The notes below the pieces were generated by a model. That model ran no database searches, was not told the origin of the DNA, and saw only the letters and a list, made by a program, of their open reading frames with translations. From the NCBI GenBank assembly GCA_963665325.3, contig OZ224045.1:992001-1056000 (forward strand): a stretch of DNA of 64,000 nucleotides. The letters run 5' to 3'. How positions within the stretch are numbered: position 1 is the stretch's first letter; every line of letters begins with the position of its first letter. The stretch is from Alphaproteobacteria bacterium (GTDB lineage: Bacteria; Pseudomonadota; Alphaproteobacteria; Bin95). A program made the translations under genes and the position numbers. Shown here piece by piece: positions 16,924-27,498 of this stretch.

Positions 16924-18281
16924 ATGGCTTCCGCCGCCGAGCGGCTTGCGGCCAATGTGAACTTCGGCGCCTTCGCCAAGGCGACGGAGCTGAAGAAACG
17001 CATCTGGTTCACGCTCGGCGCGCTGATCGTTTACCGCTTCGGCACCTACATACCGATCCCGGGCGTCGATGCGTCGATCCTGGCGGAGGTGTTCGCCCAG
17101 CAGCAGGGCGGCGTGCTCGGCCTGTTCGACATGTTCGCCGGTGGCGCGCTCAGCCGGATGAGCATCTTCGCCCTCAACATCATGCCCTACATATCCGCGG
17201 CGATCATCATGCAGTTGCTGACCGCCGTCAGCCCGAAGCTTGAAGCCCTGAGAAGGAAGGCGAATCGGGCCGGAAGAAGATCAACCAGTACACCCGCTAC
17301 GGCACGGTGCTGCTGGCGGCGGTGCAGGGCTTCGGGCTTGCAAGCGGCCTGGAGGCGATGGCGGGGCCGTCGGGATCGGCCGTGCTGATCCCGGGTCTGT
17401 TCTTCAAGTTCACCACGGTCGTGACCATCGTCGGCGGCACGGTCTTCCTGATGTGGCTCGGCGAGCAGATCACCCAGCGCGGCGTCGGCAACGGCATCTC
17501 GCTCATCATATTCTCGGGCATTGTAGCGAACTTGCCGCTCGCGCTCGGGCAGATGTTCGAGCTTGGCCGGACGGGTCAGATGTCCACGGCCTTCATTCTG
17601 GGCCTGTTGGCGATGGCGGTGGCAGTGGTCGCCTTTATCGTTTTCATGGAGCGGGCCCAGCGGCGTCTGATCGTCCAGTATCCCAAGCGCCAGGTGGGCA
17701 ACCGCATGTATGGCGGCGACAGCTCCCACCTGCCGCTGAAGCTGAATACCGCTGGCGTCATTCCGCCGATCTTCGCAAGTTCGCTGCTGCTGATGCCGCT
17801 GACCATCGCGCAGTTCAGCGCGGCCGGCGCGACGCCGGGCGGCGAGGAGGGCGTGCTCGGCATTGTCGCCGCCTATCTCGGGCACGGCCAACCGCTCTAT
17901 CTGGCGCTGTACACGGCGATGATCGTGTTTTTCTGCTTCTTCTACACCGCGATCGTGTTCAATCCGGAGGAGACGGCGGAAAACCTGAAGCGTTACAACG
18001 GGTTCATTCCCGGCATCCGGCCCGGCAAGAATACCGCCGTCTATCTCGACTATGTGCTGACCCGGCTGACGACGGTCGGCGCCGCCTATCTGGCGCTGGT
18101 CTGCCTGCTGCCGGAGATTCTGATCTCCCAATACGCCGTGCCGTTCTATTTCGGCGGGACCAGCCTGCTCATCGTCGTCAATGTGACGATGGACACGGTA
18201 GCGCAGGTGCAGAGCCACCTGATCGCGCACCAGTATGAGGGTCTGATCAAGAAGTCGCGCCTGCGGGGACGGCGAAGATGA
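16924..18281 (+). CDS. secY: preprotein translocase subunit SecY (frameshift near 17251, probably a sequence error)
   Basis: N-terminal part (IMPYISA) in ORF 16924..17388; remainder (WLGEQIT, GNGISL, PGIRPG, GGTSLLI) in another frame; one added A at ctg/agaaggaagg restores KKEGESGRKKINQYTRY. Confidence 0.95.
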
Positions 18282-18952
18282 TCCTGGTCCTGCTGGGTCC
18301 GCCCGGCGCGGGCAAGGGGACACAGGCACGGCGATTGACGGAAGGACGCGGGCTTCCCCACCTCTCCACCGGCGACATGCTGCGCGCGGAGATAGCGGGC
18401 GGTGGGGAGCTCGGCAGGCAGGCTGCCGCAGTGACGGAAGCGGGCCGGCTGATGCCGGACGAGATAATGATCGGCATAATCTCCAGGCGGATCGACGCTC
18501 TGGACTGCGCTGGCGGCTTCATTCTCGACGGCTTCCCGCGCACCACCGCACAGGCCGAGGCGCTCGATGTCCTTCTGGCCAGCAAGGGAAAGGCACTCGA
18601 TGCCGTAGTGCTGCTGCAGGTGGACGGGGAGGCGCTGGTTGAGCGCATTTCCGGCCGGTTCACATGCGGTAAGTGCGGCGAGGGCTACCACGACCGGTTC
18701 AAGCAACCGATCGAGGCGGGTCGCTGCGACATTTGCGGCGCCTCGGATTTCAAGCGCCGGCCCGATGACAGCGCCGATACGGTTCGGGAACGGCTCAGGG
18801 TGTATCGCGGCCAGACGGCGCCGATCCTCCCCTATTACGAAACGAGAGGCCTGCTGCGCCGGGTTGACGGCATGGCGGAAATCGGCGAGGTTGCAATGCA
18901 AATCGATGTTGCGCTTGGCGGGGAAGCCGGAGGCCGGCCTTCTGGCGGTTGA
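18278..18952 (+). CDS. adk: adenylate kinase (Zn-lid type)
   Basis: GPPGAGKGTQ, STGDMLR, LDGFPRT, CxxC...CxxC lid. Confidence 0.98.
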   Translation: MILVLLGPPGAGKGTQARRLTEGRGLPHLSTGDMLRAEIAGGGELGRQAAAVTEAGRLMPDEIMIGIISRRIDALDCAGGFILDGFPRTTAQAEALDVLLASKGKALDAVVLLQVDGEALVERISGRFTCGKCGEGYHDRFKQPIEAGRCDICGASDFKRRPDDSADTVRERLRVYRGQTAPILPYYETRGLLRRVDGMAEIGEVAMQIDVALGGEAGGRPSGG

Positions 18953-18977
18953 CGATTTCCGCGGCCGGGCGTATGTT
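18949..18977 (+). promoter_or_regulatory. putative sigma70 promoter of alpha operon
   Basis: TTGACG-N17-TATGTT 40 nt upstream of rpsM. Confidence 0.65.
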
Positions 18978-19016
18978 GCGCTGTTCCAGCGATCCAGCCT
19001 ATGAGGAGTCCCAGGA

Positions 19017-19385
19017 GTGGCGCGAATTGCCGGCGTCAACATTCCGACGCAGAAGCGCGTTGAGATTTCCCTGACCTACATCCACGGCATCGGACGCGCC
19101 AAATCGCGGGAGATCTGCGAGAAGGCGGGGGTGCCTCTGGAGTACAGGGTCAATCAGTTGACCGAGGACCAGGTCATCCGCATCCGCGAGGCCATCGACC
19201 GCGACTATATGGTCGAGGGCGATTTGCGGCGCGAAGTCGCAATCAACATCAAGCGCCTCATGGACCTCGGTTGCTACCGCGGTCAGCGTCACCGCAAGGG
19301 GCTTCCCGTGCGCGGACAGCGCACGCACACCAATGCGCGCACCCGCAAGGGCAAGGCGCGGCCGATCGCCGGCAAGAAGAAATAA
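19017..19385 (+). CDS. rpsM: 30S ribosomal protein S13
   Basis: [27 protein letters not shown]; GTG start after AGGAG. Confidence 0.99.
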   Translation: MARIAGVNIPTQKRVEISLTYIHGIGRAKSREICEKAGVPLEYRVNQLTEDQVIRIREAIDRDYMVEGDLRREVAINIKRLMDLGCYRGQRHRKGLPVRGQRTHTNARTRKGKARPIAGKKK

Positions 19386-19407
19386 ACGAAGAAGGAATCG
19401 GTCGAGG

Positions 19408-19800
19408 ATGGCGAGGCCAGCTGCCGCCCGCGTGCGCAGACGCGAGCGCAAGAACATTTCGTCGGGCGTCGCGCATGTAAACGCGACGTTCAACAACACG
19501 ATGATCACGATCACCGATGTCCAGGGCAATGCGATCGCCTGGTCGTCGGCGGGCGGACAGGGCTTCAAGGGCTCGCGCAAGTCCACCCCCTTCGCAGCCC
19601 AGATCGCCGCCGAGGACTGTGCCCGCAAGGCGCAGGAACACGGCGTGAAGACTCTCGACGTCAATGTGCGCGGGCCGGGTTCGGGGCGCGAATCCGCACT
19701 GCGCGCGCTTCAGGCGGCCGGCTTCACGATCACCTCGATCCGTGACGTGACGCCGATACCGCATAATGGCTGCCGCCCGCCGAAGCGCCGGCGCGTGTGA
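19408..19800 (+). CDS. rpsK: 30S ribosomal protein S11
   Basis: [27 protein letters not shown]. Confidence 0.99.
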   Translation: MARPAAARVRRRERKNISSGVAHVNATFNNTMITITDVQGNAIAWSSAGGQGFKGSRKSTPFAAQIAAEDCARKAQEHGVKTLDVNVRGPGSGRESALRALQAAGFTITSIRDVTPIPHNGCRPPKRRRV

Positions 19801-19859
19801 TCGCAGCATCCGATCGAAACCAGCTGGCCGGCCTTCCCGGCAGGGATTGAAACGAAACG

Positions 19860-20888
19860 ATGACCACATCGTTCACGCATAAGAACTGGCAGGCTCTCAT
19901 CAAGCCAGGCAAGCTCGACCTGCAAGCCGGGGGCGATCCCGGCCGGTCGGCGGTGATCGCTGCCGAGCCTCTGGAGCGCGGCTTCGGAATCACGCTCGGC
20001 AACACGCTCCGGCGGATCATGCTGTCCTCGCTGCAGGGGGCGGCCGTCACGCGGGTGCAGATCGACGGCGTGCTGCACGAATTCTCGTCGATCGCCGGCG
20101 TGCGCGAGGACGTCACCGACATCATCCTCAACATCAAGGGGCTGGCGCTGCGCAAGCATTCCGACGGCCCGAGGCGGATGGTGCTGGACGCGACAGGGCC
20201 GGGCGTCGTGACCGCCGGACGCATCCAGGCGGGTTCCGACATCGAGATCATGGACCTCGATCATGTCATCTGTACGCTCGACCGGGGCGCGAACCTGCGC
20301 ATGGAAATGACGGTCGAGAACGGCAAGGGCTATGTCCAGGCGGCCGACAACCGGCCGGAGGATGCGCCTATCGGCATGATCCCGGTCGATGCGACCTACA
20401 GCCCGGTGCGCCAGGTGTCCTACCGGGTGGAACAGACCCGCGTCGGGCAGGCAACCGACTACGACAAACTGCTGCTCGACGTTCAGACAGACGGGTCCGT
20501 CTCGCCGGAGGACGCCGTGGCGTTTGCCGCCCGCATCATGCAGGACCAGCTGCAGCTCTTCGTGAATTTCGAGGACCTTCAGCAGTCGCAGCCCGAAGGC
20601 CGGGCCGTCGATCTGCCCTTCAACGCCCACATGCTGCGCAAGGTCGAGGAGCTGGAATTGTCGGTCCGCTCGGCGAACTGCCTCAAGAACGACAACATCA
20701 TCTATATCGGCGACCTGGTGCAGAAAACCGAGAACGAAATGCTCCGCACGCCGAACTTCGGCAGGAAATCGCTGAACGAGATCAAGGCGCTGCTGAAGAC
20801 GATGGAGCTGGACCTCGGCATGGAAGTGCCGAACTGGCCGCCGGACAATATCGAGGAGCTCGCCAAGCGGCTCGACGAGCCGTTCTGA
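19860..20888 (+). CDS. rpoA: RNA polymerase alpha subunit
   Basis: [33 protein letters not shown]. Confidence 0.99.
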   Translation: MTTSFTHKNWQALIKPGKLDLQAGGDPGRSAVIAAEPLERGFGITLGNTLRRIMLSSLQGAAVTRVQIDGVLHEFSSIAGVREDVTDIILNIKGLALRKHSDGPRRMVLDATGPGVVTAGRIQAGSDIEIMDLDHVICTLDRGANLRMEMTVENGKGYVQAADNRPEDAPIGMIPVDATYSPVRQVSYRVEQTRVGQATDYDKLLLDVQTDGSVSPEDAVAFAARIMQDQLQLFVNFEDLQQSQPEGRAVDLPFNAHMLRKVEELELSVRSANCLKNDNIIYIGDLVQKTENEMLRTPNFGRKSLNEIKALLKTMELDLGMEVPNWPPDNIEELAKRLDEPF

Positions 20889-20906
20889 GCGGAGGGGGAC
20901 AGGGCG

Positions 20907-21335
20907 ATGCGCCATCGCAAACAGGGCCGGCGGCTCAACCGGAGCTGGGCACACCGCAAGGCGATGTTCTCCAATATGGCGAACGCGCTCATCAAGCACG
21001 AACAGATCCGCACCACGCTGCCCAAGGCGAAAGAGCTGCGGCCGGTCGTCGAACGGCTGGTCACGCTCGCCAAGCGTGGTGACCTCCACGCGCGCCGTCA
21101 GGCTTTCGCGCAGCTCCGTGACAACGCCATGGTCGCAAAGCTGTTCTCCACGCTGCGGGAGCGCTATGCGGACCGGCCGGGAGGCTATACGCGCGTGCTC
21201 AAGGCCGGCTTTCGGCGGGGCGACATGGCGGCGATGGCCGTCATCGAGTTCGTGGACCGGGATATTGCCGCCAAAGGCCAGGACAGCGGTCCGACCGCGG
21301 AGCGCGACGAGACAGTGCTGAGCGAAGCCGCCTGA
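20907..21335 (+). CDS. rplQ: 50S ribosomal protein L17
   Basis: [20 protein letters not shown]. Confidence 0.99.
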   Translation: MRHRKQGRRLNRSWAHRKAMFSNMANALIKHEQIRTTLPKAKELRPVVERLVTLAKRGDLHARRQAFAQLRDNAMVAKLFSTLRERYADRPGGYTRVLKAGFRRGDMAAMAVIEFVDRDIAAKGQDSGPTAERDETVLSEAA

Positions 21336-21372
21336 CGCGCTGCCGGGCCGCGGCGCAGCCGTTCGGCCCCCC

Positions 21373-22248
21373 ATGCATTCGCACTATGCCCGCGGGCTTG
21401 CGCTGACATTCGTCGGCGTCCTCATCGTCACGCCCGACACCCTGCTGGTACGGCTGGTCGACACCGACCCGTGGACCCTGGTGTTCTGGCGCGGCGTCGG
21501 CATCGCGGCCGGCCTCACCCTGCTGGTGGGCGCGATCGAGGGCCGGGAGGGCGTTCGCAACATCTTCCGCTTTGGGCCGCGACGGCTGCTGGGCGTCGCG
21601 CTCCTGGTCGTGGTCAGCAATTGTTTCGTGTGGGCGCTGGCGCTTACCACGGCTGCCAATGTGTTGGTGGTGCTCGCAAGCTCGCCGCTCGCCGCGGCCC
21701 TGATCGGGCGCGTTTTCCTCGGCGAGCCTGTGCCGCGCCGAACTTGGGCCGCGGCGATTGCGGTCGCCTGCGGCGTTGCCGTAATTTTTGCCGACGATCT
21801 GGAGAGCGGACGCTTCGCGGGCAACCTCTGCGCTGCTGGCGCCGCGGTATCGCTCGCCGCCTATTTCGTGCTGTTGCGCTCCATTCGGGCCGCGAGCACG
21901 CTGCCTGTGCCGATCTGGGGCAATCTCGCGGCCGCGCTTCTGGCGTTCCCCCTCGCCTCTCCCTACTCGGTTCCGCAATCGGGCACAGTCTGGATGGTGC
22001 TGCTTGCCGGCCTGGTCCTGCCGGCGGGTATCGCGCTCATCAGCACCGGGCCCCGTTACATCCCGGCGGCGGAAGTGGGGCTGCTGCTGCTGCTCGAAAC
22101 CCTGCTCGGGCCGCTCTGGGTGTGGCTCGGCACCGGCGAGACACCGACACCGGCGGTGCTGGCGGCAGGCGCAGTGATCGTCGTGGCGCTCGCCATGAAC
22201 TCGGCTCTTGGTCTACGCTCCGCCGCCCGCAGGGAGATGGTGCCATGA
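21373..22248 (+). CDS. DMT/EamA family transporter
   Basis: about 10 hydrophobic segments; FLGE and LETLLGPLWVWLGTGETP motifs. Confidence 0.88.
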   Translation: MHSHYARGLALTFVGVLIVTPDTLLVRLVDTDPWTLVFWRGVGIAAGLTLLVGAIEGREGVRNIFRFGPRRLLGVALLVVVSNCFVWALALTTAANVLVVLASSPLAAALIGRVFLGEPVPRRTWAAAIAVACGVAVIFADDLESGRFAGNLCAAGAAVSLAAYFVLLRSIRAASTLPVPIWGNLAAALLAFPLASPYSVPQSGTVWMVLLAGLVLPAGIALISTGPRYIPAAEVGLLLLLETLLGPLWVWLGTGETPTPAVLAAGAVIVVALAMNSALGLRSAARREMVP

Positions 22249-23852
22249 CCCGTCCCGCCATGATCGTTGCCGCCCAGCCGGAGGCAGCCGAAGCCGGCGC
22301 CCGCGTGTTGCAGCGGGGCGGCAACGCTGTCGATGCCGCTATCGCCGCCGCGCTCGTGCAGGGCGTGGTCGATCCGCAGATGTGCGGCATAGCCGGGTTC
22401 GGCTCCTGCCATCTCTTCCTGCCGTCGAAGGGCGTCCATAGCTGCATCGACTTTCACGGCAAGACGCCGCTCGCCGCACATCCGGCGATGTGGGAGGATC
22501 TGCTGGAAGGTGAGACGCGGGACGGCTTCGGCTTCATTCTGAAGGGCCGCGTCAACGATCTCGGCTACCAGTCGATCACCACGCCGGGCTCGCTCAAGGC
22601 CTATTTCGAGGCTGCGACGGAGTTTGGAAGCTGGGACTGGGCGGATATCTGCGCGCCGGCCGTAGCCCAGGCCCGCGAGGGTTTTGTCGTGCGCCCGCAT
22701 GTCGATTTCTGGTGGCAGCAGACGGAGCAGTTGGGCCGCACGGCTAACCGCGAGCGCAACGCCTTCTCGGCGACCGGCCGGGCCGTCTACTTCCATGAGG
22801 ACGGGCAGATCAGGCGCACCGGAGACCGTGTCTTCAATCCGGACCTCGCCCGCACGCTGGAACGGGTCTCCAGGGGCGGAGCGGACATCTTTTATACGGG
22901 AGAGATCGCCGAGGAGATCGACGCCGACATGCGCGCCAATGGCGGGTTGATGACGGCCGCCGACCTCGCCGCCTATCGCACGACCCGGGCCGAACCTGTC
23001 TGGACCGGCTACCGCGACTGGCGCGTTGCCTCCAACCGGCCGCCCGGCGGCGGCGTGCAAGTGTTGCAGATACTGAACCAGCTCGAGCATTTCGACCTCG
23101 CGGCGCTCGGACACAACAGCACCGAATATCTGCGGGTCGTCAGCGAGGCGATGAAGCGGGCGACGCGCGACAAGGACGCCCATGTCGGAGACCCGGCCTT
23201 CTACGACGTGCCGCTGGACTGGCTGCTTTCCAAGGAATACGGCGCGGAGCTCGCCGGGGAGATCCAGCGCGGCGAGCGGGCCTCGGTGACGCGGGTCGCG
23301 GCGGAGCCGCCCGACACGACCCATGTTGTGGCCGTGGACCGCGAGGGTGGCATCGTCACCATGACACACTCGCTCGGCATGCCTTCGGGCGTCATCACGC
23401 CGGGGCTTGGCTTCATGTACAACGGCTGCATGGCGGTCTTCGATCCGCGCCCCGGCCGTGCGGGGTCGATTGCGCCCGGCAAGAGCCGGTTTTCCTCGCT
23501 CTGCCCGACGATCGTCTTCGACGGCGACCGGCCCCGCCTGGCGCTCGGCGCGCCTGGCGGCACGCAGATTTCGATGGGCGTGACGCAGGCGGTCCTGAAC
23601 GTGCTCGATCACGGCATGACGATGACTGAGGCGGTGTCGGCGCCGCGCTTCTCCTCAACCTCGAATGCCATCGACATTTCGAACCGCATTCCGGGCTATA
23701 CGGTCGAGCCGCTGGAGAAAATGGGCTACGAAATTGTCCGCAGCCCGTTGACCTTCGGTTTCGCGGCAGTACATGGCATCCGCCTTCTGGCGGACGGCCG
23801 CCTGGACGGCGGCGCCGATCCCGGCCATGACGGGGTGGCGCTACAGGTCTGA
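22245..23852 (+). CDS. ggt: gamma-glutamyltransferase family protein
   Basis: GGNAVDAAIA, autoprocessing D|TTHVVAVD, GAPGG; ATGA overlap with EamA gene. Confidence 0.92.
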   Translation: MTRPAMIVAAQPEAAEAGARVLQRGGNAVDAAIAAALVQGVVDPQMCGIAGFGSCHLFLPSKGVHSCIDFHGKTPLAAHPAMWEDLLEGETRDGFGFILKGRVNDLGYQSITTPGSLKAYFEAATEFGSWDWADICAPAVAQAREGFVVRPHVDFWWQQTEQLGRTANRERNAFSATGRAVYFHEDGQIRRTGDRVFNPDLARTLERVSRGGADIFYTGEIAEEIDADMRANGGLMTAADLAAYRTTRAEPVWTGYRDWRVASNRPPGGGVQVLQILNQLEHFDLAALGHNSTEYLRVVSEAMKRATRDKDAHVGDPAFYDVPLDWLLSKEYGAELAGEIQRGERASVTRVAAEPPDTTHVVAVDREGGIVTMTHSLGMPSGVITPGLGFMYNGCMAVFDPRPGRAGSIAPGKSRFSSLCPTIVFDGDRPRLALGAPGGTQISMGVTQAVLNVLDHGMTMTEAVSAPRFSSTSNAIDISNRIPGYTVEPLEKMGYEIVRSPLTFGFAAVHGIRLLADGRLDGGADPGHDGVALQV

Positions 23853-23905
23853 TCCGGCCGCCCTATACTGCGGTTGCGGTGCGGCTTGCGCGGGGAGAGG
23901 AAGCT

Positions 23906-24811
23906 ATGTGCGGAATCGTCGGTCTGTATCTGAAGAACCCCGCTCTGAGGCCGCATCTGGGCCGCCTGTTCTCGCCCATGATGGGAGAAATGACCGAGCG
24001 CGGCCCGGACAGTGCGGGCTTCGCGGTCTATCGCGAGGAAGGCGGGCGGGACGAGGCCAAAGTCACCGTGTGCAGCGTGGCGCCCGGTTACGACTGGCCC
24101 GGCCTTGCACGGGAGGCGGGCGAAGCGCTGGGCGCCGACGCCGTCGCCGAGGCGGCGTCGAACCACGCCGTGCTCAGGGCTTCCGTCGATGCGGGGAAGC
24201 TGCGGGACTGGATCGAGGCGGCGCATCCCGAGCTCAGCGTCACGAGTTCCGGCTCGGCGCTCGAAATCTACAAGGAGGTCGGCCTGCCGATGGATGTGCT
24301 GGACCGGTTCGGCGTCAGCCAGATGGCCGGTTCTCACATGATCGGCCACACCCGCATGGCGACCGAGAGCGCCGTGACGACTGCGGGCGCCCATCCCTTC
24401 AGCACCGGCGACGATCTTTGCCTCGTCCACAACGGTTCGCTGTCCAACCACCACCGCCTGCGCGACTGGCTGCGCGAGCAGCAGGGCGTGCGGTTCCAGA
24501 CCGACAATGACACCGAGGTCGCCGCCGGATACCTGACCTGGCGAATCGGCGAAGGCGCCAGCATCGCCGAGGCGCTGGAGGCCGGCATCAGGGACCTGGA
24601 CGGCTTTTACACATTCGCGGTCGGCACGAGAGAGGGCTTCTCGGTCCTTCGCGACCCGATAGCCTGCAAGCCGGCCGTCATGGCGGAGAACGACGACTGG
24701 GTCGCCATGGCGTCCGAGTTCCGTGCACTCGCCTGCCTGCCGGATGTCGAGGCGGCGTCGGTGTGGGAACCGGAGCCGGGCAAGGTCTATTCCTGGGGCG
24801 GCAGCGCGTGA
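23906..24811 (+). CDS. mgsA: N-methylglutamate synthase subunit A (class II glutamine amidotransferase-like, GlxB)
   Basis: N-terminal MCGIVG, RGPDSAG, GHTRMATES, VHNGSLSN; context. Confidence 0.85.
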   Translation: MCGIVGLYLKNPALRPHLGRLFSPMMGEMTERGPDSAGFAVYREEGGRDEAKVTVCSVAPGYDWPGLAREAGEALGADAVAEAASNHAVLRASVDAGKLRDWIEAAHPELSVTSSGSALEIYKEVGLPMDVLDRFGVSQMAGSHMIGHTRMATESAVTTAGAHPFSTGDDLCLVHNGSLSNHHRLRDWLREQQGVRFQTDNDTEVAAGYLTWRIGEGASIAEALEAGIRDLDGFYTFAVGTREGFSVLRDPIACKPAVMAENDDWVAMASEFRALACLPDVEAASVWEPEPGKVYSWGGSA

Positions 24812-25497
24812 CTGTTGAGACCATCGACCTCGACGTGGCGGGCGTCCGGGCGCTCAATCGCCGGCTCCAGGGCCGCGACGAGCCGGTTGCGGGCAGGCGC
24901 TTTGTGGTTACGAACGCCAAGGGACGTCATGCGCTCGCCGTCGGGCTGACGGAGGCGATGGATGTCCGGATTCGCGGTCATGTCGGCTATTACTGCGCCG
25001 GGATGAACCGGAAAGCGGATGTGACCGTGGAGGGCAATGCCGGCACCGGCGTCGCCGAGAACCTGATGTCGGGCACCGTCCGGGTGACCGGGGACACCAG
25101 CCAGTCGGCCGGAGCGAGCGGCCGGGGCGGGCTCCTCGTGATCGAGGGCAGCGCGAGCGCCCGCTGCGGCATTACCATGAAGGGTATCGACATCGTGGTG
25201 GGCGGCTCCATCGGGCATATGTCCGCCTTCATGGCGCAGGCCGGCCGGCTGGTCGTCTGCGGCGATGCAGGCGCCTATCTGGGCGACTCGATCTACGAAG
25301 CCGAACTCTTCGTTCGTGGCAGGGTCGAGAGTCTCGGTGCGGACTGCGTCGAGAAGGACATGGACGAGCGGGACGCCGAGGCGCTGCAGGCGCTGCTGGA
25401 GCGCGCCGGCCTGGCTGCCGATGCAGGCGGATTCCGCCGCTACGGTTCGGCGCGCCAGCTCTACAACTTCCGCGTCGATAACGCCGCGGCCTACTAG
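24808..25497 (+). CDS. mgsB: N-methylglutamate synthase subunit B (GXGXG domain, GlxC)
   Basis: GHVGYYCAGMN, GVAENLMSG, SAFMAQAG; GTGA overlap. Confidence 0.85.
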   Translation: MTVETIDLDVAGVRALNRRLQGRDEPVAGRRFVVTNAKGRHALAVGLTEAMDVRIRGHVGYYCAGMNRKADVTVEGNAGTGVAENLMSGTVRVTGDTSQSAGASGRGGLLVIEGSASARCGITMKGIDIVVGGSIGHMSAFMAQAGRLVVCGDAGAYLGDSIYEAELFVRGRVESLGADCVEKDMDERDAEALQALLERAGLAADAGGFRRYGSARQLYNFRVDNAAAY

Positions 25498-25508
25498 GGA
25501 CGGCAATC

Positions 25509-26822
25509 ATGTCAGGCGAACGAACGACGCGCTCCTGGGCCAGCTTTCCCCCGCATGTCATCTCCGAGATACACCGCGCGGCCGACCAGGGCCTCTACTA
25601 CATCCGGGGTTCCGGCGCGTGGCGGGCCTTGCCGTCCTTCGACGATCTGGTGTTTCTCGGGGCGTCTGTCTCGCGCTACCCGCTGGAGGGCTACCGGGAA
25701 CGCTGCGATACGGACGTGACCATCGGCGCCCGCTATGCGTCGAAGCCTGTGGAGCTCAAAATCCCGATCACCATTGCGGGCATGAGCTTCGGCGCGCTGA
25801 GCGCCAGCGCCAAGCGCGCCCTTGGCCTCGGCGCGAGCGCGATGGGCACCAGCACGACCACCGGCGACGGCGGCATGACGATGGAGGAGCGGGAAGCCTC
25901 GCAGACGCTTGTCTACCAGGTCCTGCCCTCGCGCTACGGCATGGACCCGGACCATCTCCGCATCGCTGATGCGATAGAGGTGGTGGTCGGGCAGGGCGCC
26001 AAGCCCGGCGGCGGCGGCATGCTGCTCGGCCAGAAGGTGACCGAACGGGTGGCGGGCATGCGGACCCTCCCGGCTGGCATCGACCAGCGCAGCGCCTGCC
26101 GGCATCCGGACTGGACGGGCCCCGACGATCTCACAATCAAGATTCAAGAGTTGCGCGAGGTCACCAACTGGGAAAAGCCGGTCTATGTAAAGGTCGGAGC
26201 GACCCGCACGCAGTACGATGTGGCGCTCGCGGTCAAGGCCGGCGCGGACGCCGTGGTGGTGGACGGCATGCAGGGGGGCACGGCTGCCACCCAGGAAGTG
26301 TTCATCGAGGATGTCGGCATCCCGACGCTGCCGGCCGTCCGCCTCGCCGTTGATGCGCTCAAGGAACTCGGCGTCCACCGCGAGGTGCAGCTGATCGTTT
26401 CGGGCGGCATCCGCACCGGCGCCGATGTCGCCAAGGCACTGGCACTCGGGGCCGACGCCGTCTCCATCGGCATGGCTGCGCTGATGGCGCTCAACTGCAA
26501 TGCCCCGCTCTACCTTGAGGACTATGAGGCTCTCGGCACGCATCCCGGCGCCTGCAACATGTGCCAGACAGGCCGCTGTCCCGTAGGGGTGACGACCCAG
26601 GATCCGGTTCTCGAGGCGAGGCTCGACCCGGAGGAAGGCGGGCGGCGCGTGCGCAACTACCTCTCCACCCTGGCGATGGAATGCCAGACGCTGGCGCGGG
26701 CCTGCGGCAAGAGCCACGTCCACAATCTGGAGCCGGAGGACCTGGCCGCGCTCACCATCGAGGCGGCAGCGATGGCGCAGGTTCCGCTGGCGGGTACCGA
26801 CTGGATTCCGGGCCGGTCCTGA
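25509..26822 (+). CDS. mgsC: N-methylglutamate synthase subunit C (FMN-binding glutamate synthase family, GlxD)
   Basis: AGMSFGALS, GQGAKPGGGG, CNMCQTGRCPVG Fe-S motif. Confidence 0.87.
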   Translation: MSGERTTRSWASFPPHVISEIHRAADQGLYYIRGSGAWRALPSFDDLVFLGASVSRYPLEGYRERCDTDVTIGARYASKPVELKIPITIAGMSFGALSASAKRALGLGASAMGTSTTTGDGGMTMEEREASQTLVYQVLPSRYGMDPDHLRIADAIEVVVGQGAKPGGGGMLLGQKVTERVAGMRTLPAGIDQRSACRHPDWTGPDDLTIKIQELREVTNWEKPVYVKVGATRTQYDVALAVKAGADAVVVDGMQGGTAATQEVFIEDVGIPTLPAVRLAVDALKELGVHREVQLIVSGGIRTGADVAKALALGADAVSIGMAALMALNCNAPLYLEDYEALGTHPGACNMCQTGRCPVGVTTQDPVLEARLDPEEGGRRVRNYLSTLAMECQTLARACGKSHVHNLEPEDLAALTIEAAAMAQVPLAGTDWIPGRS

Positions 26823-26891
26823 CGGCGCGACCGTGACAGGAATGCCGGGGCGTCGTAGCATGGCGCGGCATCGGCGACCGGAGAGGACGGC

Positions 26892-27470
26892 ATGAGTGGG
26901 CACCGGGCGTTACGGCGGCGAGTCCCGGCCCGCAAGGCGACATATCGGGACGTGCTCGATGCGCCGCCGCACATGGTAGCCGAGATCGTTAAGGGCGCGC
27001 TGCACACGCAGCCGAGGCCGGCCAGCCGGCACGCGCTGGCGGGGTCGTCGCTTGGCGACGAGCTGGTCAGCCCGTTCCAGAAGGGCCGGGGCGGGCCGGG
27101 CGGCTGGTGGATCGTCGATGAACCGGAACTCCACCTCGGCGAGGACATCCTGGTCCCGGACCTCGCCGGCTGGCGCCGTGAGCGGATGCCCGATTACCCG
27201 GATGCCCCCTATTTCGCCCTGGCGCCGGACTGGGTGTGCGAGATTCTTTCTCCATCGACGAGAACCTTCGACCTTGAAGAAAAGCGCCCGATCTATGCGC
27301 GGGAGGGCGTGGACCATCTCTGGTTCGTCGATCCGGCGGCAAGGACTTTGGAGGCGTTCGTTCTGCATCGGCGCGGCTGGACGTCGGCCGGCTCGGCGCG
27401 GGAGGATGAGCCCGTGTCCCTCCCACCCTTCGAGGCGGTGACCTTCCCGCTCGACGCCCTCTGGCCCTGA
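26892..27470 (+). CDS. Uma2 family (DUF820) PD-(D/E)XK endonuclease-like protein
   Basis: AEIVKG, LVPDLAGW, PDWVCEILSPST, YAREGV.HLW.VDP. Confidence 0.9.
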   Translation: MSGHRALRRRVPARKATYRDVLDAPPHMVAEIVKGALHTQPRPASRHALAGSSLGDELVSPFQKGRGGPGGWWIVDEPELHLGEDILVPDLAGWRRERMPDYPDAPYFALAPDWVCEILSPSTRTFDLEEKRPIYAREGVDHLWFVDPAARTLEAFVLHRRGWTSAGSAREDEPVSLPPFEAVTFPLDALWP

Positions 27471-27498
27471 CGGCCGCGGACCCTTCTAGACCGAAAGG

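Noticed and set aside
16924-21335. Absence of rpmJ, infA and rpsD from the spc/alpha operons
   Set aside because: Normal arrangement for Alphaproteobacteria.
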